Positions 1 through 11,660 of a stretch of 64,000 nt of DNA are shown here, one piece after another. Every line of letters begins with the position of its first letter. Positions within the stretch are counted from its first letter, which is position 1. Below the pieces are notes generated by a model. The model was not told the DNA's origin, did no database searches, and was given only the letters and a program-made list of their open reading frames with translations. The DNA is from Octopus sinensis. Taxonomy: Eukaryota. A program made the position numbers and the translations under genes. Where the stretch lies: assembly GCF_006345805.1 (NCBI RefSeq), contig NC_043010.1, positions 56,978,001 to 57,042,000 on the forward strand, given 5' to 3'.

Positions 1-329
1 ACCTCCAGCCCCTACTATATTTAACTTTGCTATTTTCTCCGTAATTCAACTCATCCAGACATGGAAACCTCAGCAATTTCATCATCCAGGGTATCATGTC
101 TTAGAAAATAATCTTAGACCATTATGTTGTTGGTTTTTTTGTTTTGATGTTACTAAGGTTTACAACACTACAGTTGTTTAACTGAATAGAAAAGCTGATT
201 AAAAATAAAAATATTAACGTACGACCAATTTTAGCAGAAGCAGACCTCACGTATTATAGAATGGAAACAGTTCTTTGTGAGCATGTTGTGTCATAAAATG
301 GGATCTTTATGTTGGACCATGCAGCATTA

Positions 330-785
330 CCATGGAAAGCGATAGTACTGTGTTACCATCACATGACACAATAGTAAAGGTAAACTTCTTGACTCATGCT
401 GACTCACAAATGTCAGTTTCCTGGTTTCCATGGTGTATGAATTCTCCAACTGGATGGGGGACACTGGTCCATTGCAGGATTTCTCATTTTTGCCAGCTGA
501 GTGGACTGGAGCAACGTGAAATGAAGTGTTCTGCTCAAGGACACAGTGCATCGCCCAGTCCACGAAACAACAAGCTTACAATCAGGAGTCCAACACCCTA
601 ACCACTAAGCCATGTGTCTCCACATGACACAGTAGTGTGTTACAATGAAATGAGACAGTACTAGGTTACCTTGACATGAAACACTGTGTTACTACAACAT
701 GGGACTGTACTGTGTTACATTGTCATGGTACAGTGATATGTTACAATGACATACGATAGTAGAATGTTAGTGTGACATGGGACAG
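330..785. repeat. Degenerate ~24-bp minisatellite (CATGAGACAGTACTGTGTTACAAT-like) interrupted by a SINE
   Basis: Recurrent GTACTGTGTTAC and GACATG units at 340-380 and 622-785. Confidence 0.55.
430..620 (-). mobile_element. tRNA-derived SINE fragment
   Basis: The reverse complement contains a tRNA-like head (GGCTTAGTGGTTAGGGTGTTGGACTC) and GTGTCCTTGAGCAGAACACTTCATTTCAC. A related copy lies at ~38700-38870. Confidence 0.65.
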
Positions 786-789
786 CAAC

Positions 790-1075
790 ATCATCACCAT
801 TTAACATCCATTTTCAATAGTGGCATGGGTTGGATGGCTTGAGAGGAACTGGCAAGGCCACATTCCACTGCCTGTTTTGGCTGGATGCCCCTCCTCATCC
901 TAGTCTCTCTACTGAGTGTACTGGGTGCTTTTCACATGGCCCCAGCCCACACACCAATACTTTTTATGTAGCACCTTGGTTTTAGGATCTCAATTTTGTT
1001 GTGGTGGGCAGGTCTAGTTGAGCACAGCAATCTCAGCCCTCTGTCATCTCCTCCAGTGTCATCTCATGGACAGTT
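790..1075 (-). mobile_element. Copy of abundant short retroposon / LINE 3'-end repeat with (GAT)n tail
   Basis: CATCATTTAACATCC...GCATGGGTTGGATGG...GGATGCCC motif shared with at least ten other copies in the window. Confidence 0.7.
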
Positions 1076-4000
1076 TGTTATTTAAAGTTTTCTTCTGTAT
1101 CATAAACAGAACAAAATTTCTCTAGACATTTTTCTTGAGATTTAGTGAAAACTAATTATGTTGTATTTTGCAGGAAGCCAGTTAGATTTGATGAAAGTAA
1201 CTGTCATATTTGAGTTAGTCTGGTGGCTGTGTTGTGTGAGGAAGGTTATGTAGACATGGTACTAGGACAAGATCAAGGAGTGTCATAGGAGATGGCTTTT
1301 AATATTGACATCTCAAAGAACACTCTTCATTTATAGGCAAGAGATCATTATCCTAACCCTACTGTTTTCCCTTCCCCTTTTGCTTCTGGCCTCAACTTTA
1401 TCTATTTTATACACAAGTTGGATGTTTGTGAGGGACCATGGTGGCTGCTGTTGTTGTTAGGGTCGTTTAGATGGAACACCTGGTGTAAAATTGTTGGAAC
1501 TGAAAGAAAGCAAAAGGGTTGTAGAAATATTGGCAAATTTGATTTTCAGAGATGTTTCCTTCAGTTTTATATTTTTATTTACATTTATATTTATTCTTTT
1601 ATACATGCTGCTAGTCCTCCATAGGCCGATGACAAACCCAAAAAGTAAGTTTCTCATACTTGGGGTGGTATTTACTTTGTTGTAGAAAGTACAACACACG
1701 CACACACACACACGTGTGTGTGTGTGTGTTGTACTCTGTTGTTTACTGCAAATATTACACTGTTGACATCACAGACACAGGTTATCAATAATGATTACCA
1801 TATATGATTGCTAACAGTAACAAGTTTAATACTGTGATGTATATATGTTTGTGCAGGTGTGTGTGTGTGTTAAACATACATATTGAAAGATATATTCTCT
1901 CACATATCTGTGGGTGGGGGGAGAGAGTTTAGGTTGTTTCTTTATGAAAATATAATTTGTAAATACTAGAAGAAAATATGTGAACTTTGGAAATCTTGTA
2001 AAAATAACCAAGAATTGACAATATGATGATATTGATGAGTTTTTATGTTGACATTTGAGATGGTGGTTTCTAGAGTGAATAGAACTGATACCAGTATATT
2101 ACTGGTATTCTGAGTTGATTTTGCAAGAATGAAAGCTAGTTCAGTATTTGGTTGTTGGGATATATAAGAATGTAGAGACTTGTAATGTAAACAGACACGT
2201 TTCTGCTACTTCTGTGCACTGAGTGTCCTCATCTGAAGTGGTTGGTGACAGCAGGAAGGGCATCAGACCATAGGAACGAAGCCAAATGACATGTTTGAGC
2301 ACTTTGAGAGAGGACTTGGGTCATGATAACCCATCCAACTTAGGCCAAGTTGGAAAACAAACAAAATAATGCTATTGATGATGATGATATATTTCTGGGT
2401 CATGAAAATTAGAGAAAGAGTTATAGCTCAACTAACTTGGAAGAGAATTAGGTTAGATGAGATGCAGTTTGGGAAAGTACGACTGATGCTCTCTTTTGAA
2501 TAAGACAAATGCAGGAGAAGTATTTAACCAAAAGCTAACTGTTGTACTTGGCATTTTTCAACCTGGAAAAGGACCTCAACAGGTTCCCTAGAAGCTAGGG
2601 GTAGACAAACAGTTAATAAGAGCTGCCCAAGGCATGTCCAGAGGTGTCTGAACTGACCTGAACCTTCTGAGTAAATTTGCTTGATAGAATTTGAAGGAAG
2701 CCCATCTTGTATGTGTATGTGTGTGTGTGTGTGTGTGTGAGATAGAGAGAGAGTGTATATTTACACAAATGCATGTTTATGCATGCAAGTGTGTATATAT
2801 TTATATCCTGCCAAGCTTATATTTCCTGCTACCCTTTGCACCCCCCAAACCTCCACTTCTTATCTACCTTTTAATCATTTTCCCCTCTTTCATCCATTGT
2901 CTTATTCACTTCAATCATCTCATCTCTCTCTCACTCATACCCCTCTCTCACTTATGTCCCCCACCACACTGTGACTGGCCACCCTGTATACCACCCAATC
3001 ATTCTACTCTACCATCCTTCACTCAACCTTTGTATTAGAGATTCTATTGCCCCTTCCCCTTCATCGCTCTGCCTCTGCCTACCGTCCCTTCCTCTATCTA
3101 TTTCCTCACTCACATCAATCATGTCTCATCTTAGCACTAGTGATGTTCTCTCACTCATCCACTGCCAGCCATTACTCCCTTTCTCTACCTACATTTCTCT
3201 GCCACCTCAACACCCTCTTATCTCTCTCTTTCCACCTACCCATTCATGACACTCCTCTTTCAAGGACTTTCTATGGTCCTTTGCCATCCTCATCTGTTGT
3301 TTTTCTCTTTCATACTGTTCCCCCATCCCCGGCCTTCCATTTATATTCCCTCCCCGCAATAATGTGAGATAGACCTGCACCCCGTCTACTCAACCTTCAT
3401 CACCCTTACAATGTTGTCCCTTCTTTTCTCATTAACCAATCACACTAATCCCTTTCCTTTCCTCCTCCCATACTCCTTCCCTCAATAGTGACCACCCTCA
3501 GATATGCACAATCAGATCAGGCACGCAACATTGAGCTTGTAATATATAAAGGAGTCCCGTCCCCTAAACGTGCCAAACCAAACAGTAAATGACAAAAAGT
3601 AGATTGGTATGTGTGACGGTGAAGCCAAGGAAAGATTTTATAGTAAGTTATCAATTAGACACACTAACGAACACTATGATGTTAGCAAACTATGTCTGGC
3701 AGCATCAGGCGGAGGATTTTGGGAAGCTCAATGCCATACTTGACCAGATTCAAGAAACACAGCTTTTTTTTTTTTATGGCAGAAAGAACACCATATCTAA
3801 ATTTGAGAGCACTTATTTACCAGATGTTTCCTTGGAAACAAATTTATTCTACCCAGTTGGAAAATATCACCTACAACAGACTAACACCACAACAAATCTC
3901 TATGTTCCCTCTAAATTAAAAATACTTTCACTTTGCATATAGGACAAATGCAATGCACACAGATGTACAGCCCTCAGCTTTAGAACCTCAGAAAAGCACT

Positions 4001-4205
4001 TGGATATCCAGCTTACACACATGTCTTCATTTCCTTAACTAACAATTCCTTGGATTCTATAACAGGTAAAGAATCCAAGAGGTGCAACATGTTTAAGAAC
4101 TGCTGAATAGCCACTACTTCAAAACAAAAACTAGATTCATCCGCTAGTAACTCAAGATAGCCATCACAAGCATGAGATTTGGGGAGAGAAAAACACATTA
4201 CAAGT

Positions 4206-4780
4206 GAAGGGATATGTGGTTTACCTGCCTTCCTACTTATGAGGACTTTGGTTTTAGCTAGGTTGACTCTAAGGCCCTTCGATTCTGATCCTTGTTTCCA
4301 CACTTGAAACTTCTCCTCTAGTTCTGATAGTGACTTAGCAATTAGAGCAAGGTTGTCAGCATAGAGGAGCTCCCAGGGGTATTCAGTCTTGAATTCCTCC
4401 ATTATTGCCTGGAGGACTATGATAAATGCTAGCATGGGTTGGACGATTTGACTGAGGACTGGGGAACCAGATGGCTGCACCAGGCTCCAATCCGATCAGT
4501 CCCCTTTTATTCATAATAGTCCTCCAGGTAATAACAGGGGAATTCAAGACAGGTTGCCCCTGGGAGCTCCTCTTTGCTGATGACCTGGCCCTCATAGCAG
4601 AATCACTACCAGAATTAGAAAAGAAATTTCGGGTGTGGAAGCTAGGTTTTCTACAGATTGAGCAGGGCCATCTACCTGAAGGGATATGTGGTTTGCCTGC
4701 CTTCCTACTTAATAGGACTTTGGTTTTAGCTAGGTTGACTCTAAGGCCCTTCGATTCTGATCCTTGTTTCCACACTTGAC
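4206..4780. mobile_element. Rearranged non-LTR retrotransposon reverse-transcriptase fragments on both strands
   Basis: PWELLYADNL on - (~4300-4435) and SPLLFIIVL...PWELLFADDL on + (~4498-4650). GLRVNLAKTKV occurs twice on -; GRWPCSICRK follows the right-hand copy. Confidence 0.85.
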
Positions 4781-4942
4781 ATCACAAAATGCATCTGAAT
4801 AAACATTGCCGGAGTGCAAATAGAGACTCGGACATTGCTTAGAAAATATTTTTCATTTTTAACCTCGTATATAGTACGCACTAGGGATTTTAACCATTAA
4901 ATTTTGGGGGAAAAATGCGGATTATACTCAAGGATTTATGGT

Positions 4943-4987
<45 letters not shown>

Positions 4988-5560
4988 CATACATACACAT
5001 ATATATCAAAAGGATGTTGTATAACTCTATTCTACATATATACAAAAACAGCCATACCAACAATCCAACATAGGTCCATCATCAGCTGCCCCACAGATAT
5101 TATTATGGTTTCGAGACTTGGGCAGTACCATTCCGTCAGTGTGGACAGTACTAAAAGAAGTGCTGTTTGGGAACAAACATACCAAAAAAGCCACAACTTT
5201 CAAACACCTTTACCCCATGTACAACATGTATATATATACATATATATATAACATTATTTATTTTAAGGGAGAAAGCTGAAACAAGACTTGTCTCCTCCAT
5301 ACTTATTTAATGTACAAACATTATGAAGGTACCGAAAAATGCCATAAATAAATGTGATTGAAAGTGGGCTAATGAGAAGATATTTAAAAAGTCTCCACAT
5401 TAATTGTGAATTAGCTAATTTCAAGATGAAATTATAAATAGATTTTCTTCTACCGGCAGCGCAATATATGTATATTTTTTACATGTATTGTGCTGACAAT
5501 AAAAGAAAATCTATTTAAGATTTTTTTCCTTCTTTTATGAATATATATTTATAACATTAA

Positions 5561-5844
5561 GAGAATGAGATAAAAATCCAAGGCTGTGAAAGATTTCAGA
5601 ACATTTATAAAGAGAAGGTCTTACAGCTGTTTCCAGGATATTTTATATATCCCTTCATCGGAGATGGTGTGAGAAAATGGTTAAGCAATAGTTATTCTAG
5701 AGAAGATGTGAAATAGAGAGTGAAGTGAGAGAACCACACCATCTCCGATGAAGGGATATATAAAATATCCCACAAACAGCTGTAAGACCTTCTCTTTATA
5801 AATGTTGTGAAATCTTTCACAGCCTTGGATTTTTATTTCATTCT
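5561..5844. repeat. Fold-back element: ~108-bp inverted arms with ~66-nt spacer
   Basis: CCAAGGCTGTGAAAGATTTC...CCTTCATCGGAGATGGTGTG is mirrored by CACACCATCTCCGATGAAGG...GAAATCTTTCACAGCCTTGG. Confidence 0.85.
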
Positions 5845-6006
5845 GTTAATTTTTTACATACATGCATGCTGGTATATCTGACCTACGCTGGACTCCTCAT
5901 TCACATAATCACCACACCTGGAGCTTAACTATAGTCTGTCCATAGCACTTACTCAGCATTACCTGACACCTTTGGGTCTTCTTCACACTACTAGTACCTC
6001 TCATAA

Positions 6007-6041
<35 letters not shown>

Positions 6042-6814
6042 GTGGCATATTATGTTAAGAACTTAGTAGAGTACAGTATAAAGCTCGTCCACCCTCAGAT
6101 TTACCCTGTGCTATCATACACAGTGGTAGTATCATACATAATTCCAGGTTTGCTTTTGGGCTCCTGTCATGTGTGAATAGAGAGTTGAAAAAGTTGGAGT
6201 CAACAAAAAGGAGTAGTGTCAGACATTTTTTTGCAATCACTACAATTGTTTCTCTGCAACGTAGTTCTCCAGGTTTACAGATACTTGATTATGCACCTGT
6301 TTCCCTGCATTATGAGATCTAATCCCGTTTCCTCAGGCAGTATGTAAATATTGTCTCCGTAAGTTCAAATTCTTGGCTTCCAGAGCATCCTCTCTATCTG
6401 TCATGGCCTAGAGTTAGTAGTAGCCACTAAGTTTATCAAAACAAATGTAGTGATTGAAAATAAATGTCCAACTTTACTTCTTCTTGTTGACTCCAAATTT
6501 TTGGAATTATATATATACACACACACACACACACGCGCATGCATACATATATAATGATGCTGGCTGGTTCACCAGTCAGCATCATTAGACTGTGACCGGC
6601 ATAATGGAATAGGAGCTTGATTTGCATATTTCAAATATTTCCTGTAAACAAATTTAAAAGATACATACATACATCTATTCATCCATACACACACACACAC
6701 ACGTACATAATATCATTATGAGTTACCATCCGTTTTCCTTGCTGGCATGGGTTGGATGGTTTGACACGAGCTGACCAGCTGAAGGACTGTTCAGGCTCCA
6801 TATCTGTTTTGGCA

Positions 6815-7610
6815 TGGTTATTGCTTAACAGATTGTTATTGAGTTTGATCATTTCTTCGTGGTGTGTATCATAATCGCTACTTATATTCTTTGCACAATG
6901 TTTTAGGCACTGAGCAATCCCTGTATTTACACTGTATGGATGGTGGGAATTGAAGTTGAGGTATTGTCCAGTAAGGGTCGGCTTGCGGTATACGGATCCC
7001 CTGTATCTATACAACTACCCCAAAAGTATATTATCCACTCCAATTATGAAGAAGAGAGAGGATGAGGCCAATAAACTGTCCACAGTCTGTCTACCCTATG
7101 TGAAAGGCCTCTCTGAAAAGATACAAAAGATATGTGGCCCATATGACATCAGGACAGTATTCAAGAGTAATACAGCACTTTGCAAATATCTCCTTCGAGT
7201 AAAACCACCAACAGAAGAGAATATGATTAAGAACTGCATGTACTCCATCCCATGCAGCTGTGGTAGGTTATACAAAGGCGGAACATGCTGCCCCCTCAAA
7301 ATAGGGGTAGACGAACATCGCAAAGCTGTGACATGAGGAGATATTGATAAATCGGGTATAGCTGATGATGATGATCATCATCATTTAACATCCGTTTTCC
7401 ATGCTAGCATGGGTTGGATGGTTGGAAATCACCTCCCCCTGAGAGATGAAGTTAAAATAATCGACAGAGAGCACTACTGGAAAATACGAAAACTAAAAGA
7501 GGCAGCACATATGCTAGGACACATCTACCTCTTAAGCAGACCGAGTGCAGATATGAATAGCATATGGGAAACGGTATCAAGGAAGGATAGGAGAATATTA
7601 GATTTATAAG
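6815..7610 (+). mobile_element. Penelope-like element 3' fragment (RT C-terminus plus GIY-YIG endonuclease), 5' part inverted
   Basis: Minus strand gives YRKPTLTGQYLNFNSHHP. Plus strand gives LPYVKGLSEKI, YSIPCSCGRLYKGGT...DEHRK and KIIDREHYWKIRKLKEA. Contains a stop and a small repeat insertion at ~7371-7415. Confidence 0.88.
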
Positions 7611-7636
7611 CGCTAAAATTCACTCCATAATTGCCC

Positions 7637-7860
7637 ACGAGCATATGGCGTAGTGGTTAAGAGTGCAGGCTACTAACCCCAAGATTCCAAGATGACAATA
7701 ATAAATAATAACATCAAAAAATACCTTAGGAATGAGAACCCAGGATACCTGAAGAAGGCTGGAGGGTATATCAGCCGAAACATGTTAACAACAAACAAGA
7801 TGAAGACATTGAATGTAAATAATGTACATAATTCCTCATCTCTTAAATAAAGAACTGAAG
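7637..7860 (+). mobile_element. Short element with tRNA-like head and Penelope-type tail motif
   Basis: GGCGTAGTGGTTAAGAGTGCAGGCTACTAACCCC resembles a Pol III A-box head. CTGAAGAAGGCTG...CAGCCGAAAC lies downstream. Confidence 0.55.
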
Positions 7861-9152
7861 ATCATGAAAATATGGGCCCTAAATAAATTTAACTTGTACT
7901 TTTAAAGATGTTCTTTAGGATAACATGAAATATTGAACTTCAGATAGAATAAAAGATAACTATGAATAACAGGTACGTAGATTGTGAACTTTGATTGAAG
8001 AGATAGGGATCTCGAAACAAAAATTTGTGACTGAATTTGGTAGACAGAAACTGCAGCATTGCAAAACATGTTTATAAAGAAGAGTTTGCTTCAAACTCCT
8101 CGTGTAAAGTAGCTGATGTTAGGAAAAACATCCAGCCATATGGAAACCATGCCAAAGCAGATAACAGAGCGTGATGCCATCTTGGGACGCATTGGTTACT
8201 GTGAAACCACCCTACCCATACCAGCTTGGAACATGAATGTTAAGCGAAGAAGATGATGAGATATATGTGTGCGTGTGTCTCATTACTATTATGTGAAACT
8301 GTCATATGTCCAAATTTGGGGAAATGCAGTTTTTCAATATTTATTTTTGCTTGCAATAGCCAGTTCTTTTGGTCAAACTACCATATCTCCAGCTGCTTTA
8401 AATGTGATATCAAAAATTGTCAAAATGGAGTACAATGGTTTTGCTACGGAATGGTGAAACTATTTTTTTGTTTTCTGATACAGAAACGTTTTGGATTTAT
8501 GACACTTTTGCATAATAGCAACAATATATATGCATGCACGCATACACATATGTCTACAGATATATATATATATATATACACACACAAATAATCCTCTAAA
8601 ATTATTCTCCCACAATGCTAGAATAAAAACTGAAAATCACTCTTAGACACCCCATATCAAATTTCAACAGATTGGCTGGAGAATGTCTGACCTGCATACA
8701 ATGCCAATATGGTAATGTTGCTGACCTATGTTTGTGACTGTCCATAAAATTCCTATTACTACTAATACTACTACTACTACTCATACTTCTACTATGTACC
8801 TCTCCCTCAATTGCTACTACCCCATTGTAAACTGCCTTTACCTTTTTCTACTTTACCCTTTTGTTACTGTATTTATTTTGAGATGCTCTGTGTTTCTTTC
8901 AATTACTTGTAAATATAACAAAGAATTTAGTAAACTAATTTAGTTATCATTCAGCTAGTGTTAGGAACATAAATTGTGACTAGGGTTTGGTGGAAGATTT
9001 TAATTCAGAACTTATGAAAGCAAGACATTTGTCCTCAGAGCCAGAGCTGGTTTCAGCCAGGTCGGTTACGAAAGGATTAAACATCCCAATCTTCTCCCAT
9101 TTCCTCCATAAAATAGCTATTCTTCAAGTGTTCTGTTTGTTATTTCCAAAAA

Positions 9153-9240
9153 TGGCTCTGACGAAGGTATCATTAATTTTCTTAGGCCTTTCAATTTACC
9201 CAAGTGAATAAACCTATCTACTGGAAACAGCTGTAAGCCA
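9153..9240 (+). ncRNA. Putative type I hammerhead-ribozyme-like motif
   Basis: TGGCT-CTGACGA-A-GGTA...TACT-G-GAAAC-AGCT-GTA-AGCCA. It has an intact CUGANGA/GAAA core, a 5-bp stem I, a palindromic stem III (ACAGCTGT) and a GUA triplet. Stem II is short with a long loop. Fold read by eye only. Confidence 0.45.
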
Positions 9241-9499
9241 GATTTGCTATATAATAAAGGAATTATGCGTAATGACCCCTATTTTTACTTGTCTCTTTAT
9301 ATATCTCTCTGTAAAAACCAGTTTATTTGAAGCTCATCCACGTATTTTCAATAGAGAATTGTGATGAACCCTAAGTTTGGACCCTACCGAAAGACCACTT
9401 GGAGTTCTTCACTAATCTAAGTAATATTGTTAGCCTGGGGTGCCGACAGGGAGCAGAGCTTATCGAGTATTTTGTCCAGATTAATAACCCCTCACTATT

Positions 9500-9546
<47 letters not shown>

Positions 9547-9549
<3 letters not shown>

Positions 9550-10189
9550 AAATTTGTTGTTGAAAATATACCTGAATTTGCAAAACTTGTAATTGTTTGT
9601 AAATAAATTTTTTTATATATACCAAACTAGTTTCAACAACTTTTTGTTTATCAATAGTATAAACGTGTGAAATTTAAAAAAATTAAGATTTATATCACTG
9701 ATATACAAAAAAATTGTTGAAACTAGTTTGGTATGTAGATAAATAAATTCATTTACAAACAATTATAAGTTTTTCAAATTCAGGTGCATTTTCAGCAACA
9801 AATTCTGTAGGTTTTCCTGCATGGAAACACATCCCTTCTTTCCTTATATATATATATATATAATATATATATATATATTATATATATATATATAGGGAAA
9901 TTTGTTGTTGAAAATATACCTGAATTTGCAAAACTTGTAATTGTTTGTAAATAAATTTTTTTATATATACCAAACTAGTTTCAACAACTTTTTGTTTATC
10001 AATAGTATAAACGTGTGAAATTTAAAAAAATTAAGATTTATATCACTGATATACAAAAAAATTGTTGAAACTAGTTTGGTATGTAGATAAATAAATTCAT
10101 TTACAAACAATTATAAGTTTTTCAAATTCAGGTGCATTTTCAGCAACAAATTCTGTAGGTTTTCCTGCATGGAAACACATCCCTTCTTT

Positions 10190-10193
<4 letters not shown>
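9547..10193. repeat. Tandem duplication (two ~299-bp units, period 348) of an internally palindromic MITE-like sequence
   Basis: Units 9547-9845 and 9895-10193 appear identical and are separated by (TA)n. Each unit has ~97-bp inverted arms. Confidence 0.9.
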
Positions 10194-10221
<28 letters not shown>

Positions 10222-10225
<4 letters not shown>

Positions 10226-10990
10226 TCATCATCATCATCATTTAATGTCGCTTGTCCATGCTGGCATGGGTTGGATGGTTTGACCAGGGCTGGTAAGCTG
10301 AGGGTCTGCACCAGACTCCAGTCTGATTTGGCATGGTTTCTATGGCTGGACGTCCTTCCTAACACCAACCACTCCAAGAGTGTAGTGGGTGCTTTTTACA
10401 TGCCACCAGCATGGGTACCATTTGCATGACACCAGTATTTGCCATGACTGTGATTTTGCTTCACTCGATGGGTCTTCTTCTCAAGCACAGCGTAATGCCA
10501 AAGGTCTCGGTCATTCGTCTTTGCCTCTGTGAGGCCCAAAACACTCGAAAGGTGCTTTTCACATGCTACCAGCATTGGCCACTTTGTCTCTGAGAGGCCC
10601 AATGCTCAAAAGGTGCTTTCAACATGCCACTTGCATGGGTGACAATTATGTGATGCTAGCGGCGGCCACAACTACAGTTTCGTTTGGATTGACTGGTCTT
10701 CTCAAGCACAGCATATCACCAAAGGTCTTGGTCACTAGTCATTGCTTCCATGAGACCCAAAGTTCGAAGATCATGCTATGTATACATATCATCATTTAAT
10801 GTCTATTTTCCAAGCTGACATGGGTTAAATGCTTTGACTAAGGCTGGAAAGAGGTCAAAAGACTGCACCAAGCTCCACTGTCTGCTTTGGCATAATTTCA
10901 CCGACTACATGCCTTTCCTAATGCCGACCACTTTACAAAGAGGACTGAGTGCTTTTTATGTGCTATCAGCACCAGCACCAGTGGGATGAG
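10222..10990 (-). mobile_element. Two adjacent copies of the (GAT)n-tailed retroposon repeat
   Basis: CATCATTTAATGTC...GCATGGGTT...CCTTCCTAACACCAACCAC motifs at 10222 and 10790. Confidence 0.7.
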
Positions 10991-11324
10991 TAGGTAATTT
11001 GCAAGAGGTGGTTTTGTGGTAGGTAATGGTAGGAGAGAATGAAACAGGTGCCTTGTAAAGAAGGCACATGCCTACTGCATTTGGAAAGCGAGTGAGAGAG
11101 AGAGAGATGGTGAGGAAGACGTTGTGGAGAGCATGCCCTCAAAGAGCAGTGAATATAAGTGAGGTGGTAGATTGGATTGGTCAGGGTAAGTGGGCAGGAA
11201 GTTCACAAGAGGGTGAGAGGAGAGTTGGCAATAGAATGGTGGGAAAGGGTATTGCGGGGAGTGGAAGGGAGGGCGATTAGGAAGGTGAAATGGTAGGGAG
11301 AGATGCATCAGGGCATACATTTAT

Positions 11325-11660
11325 ATGTGTAGCCATGTGGTAAGAAGTTTACTTTCCAATTATATAGTTTCGGGTTCAGTCCCGTTGCATGACACCTTGG
11401 GCAAGTGTCTTCTACCAAAAACTTGTGAGTGAATTTAGCAGACAGAAATTGAAAGATGTCTGTCATGATTGTATGTGTGTGTTTTAGTGTCTTCTTTCCT
11501 TGCCTTGACTTCACATACAGTTGCAAATAAGTGTCATGGAAGTAGTGACCTTCGTTTCTAGTTGCCCATGAAAACATGTCTGCTCATGGGAAATATTAGT
11601 AAACTTGGAAACAAGTGAAGGTTGGGGAAAAGAAACAGCTGCAGGAACAAATTCTGTCTG
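11325..11660 (+). mobile_element. tRNA-derived SINE
   Basis: Head GCCATGTGGTAAGAAGTTT...GGGTTCAGTCCC (A/B-box-like) followed by ACCTTGGGCAAGTGTCTTCT. Confidence 0.6.

Noticed and set aside
2780-3500. Overlapping L/S/P/H-rich ORFs, and similar ones at 11068-11320 and 57656-57913
   Set aside because: They result from pyrimidine/purine strand-skewed low-complexity DNA.
3520-3942. TATATAAA followed by a 117-aa ORF
   Set aside because: No recognisable domain or splice structure, and TATA-like strings are uninformative in this AT-rich sequence.
7637-7690. tRNA gene
   Set aside because: Only the 5' half resembles a tRNA. There is no T-arm or acceptor stem, which is consistent with a SINE head.
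8667-8711. Possible small ER 5' exon (CAG|...ATGTCTGACCTG...TG|GTAATG)
   Set aside because: It would end in phase 2, incompatible with the phase 1 start at 13855, and has no supporting similarity.
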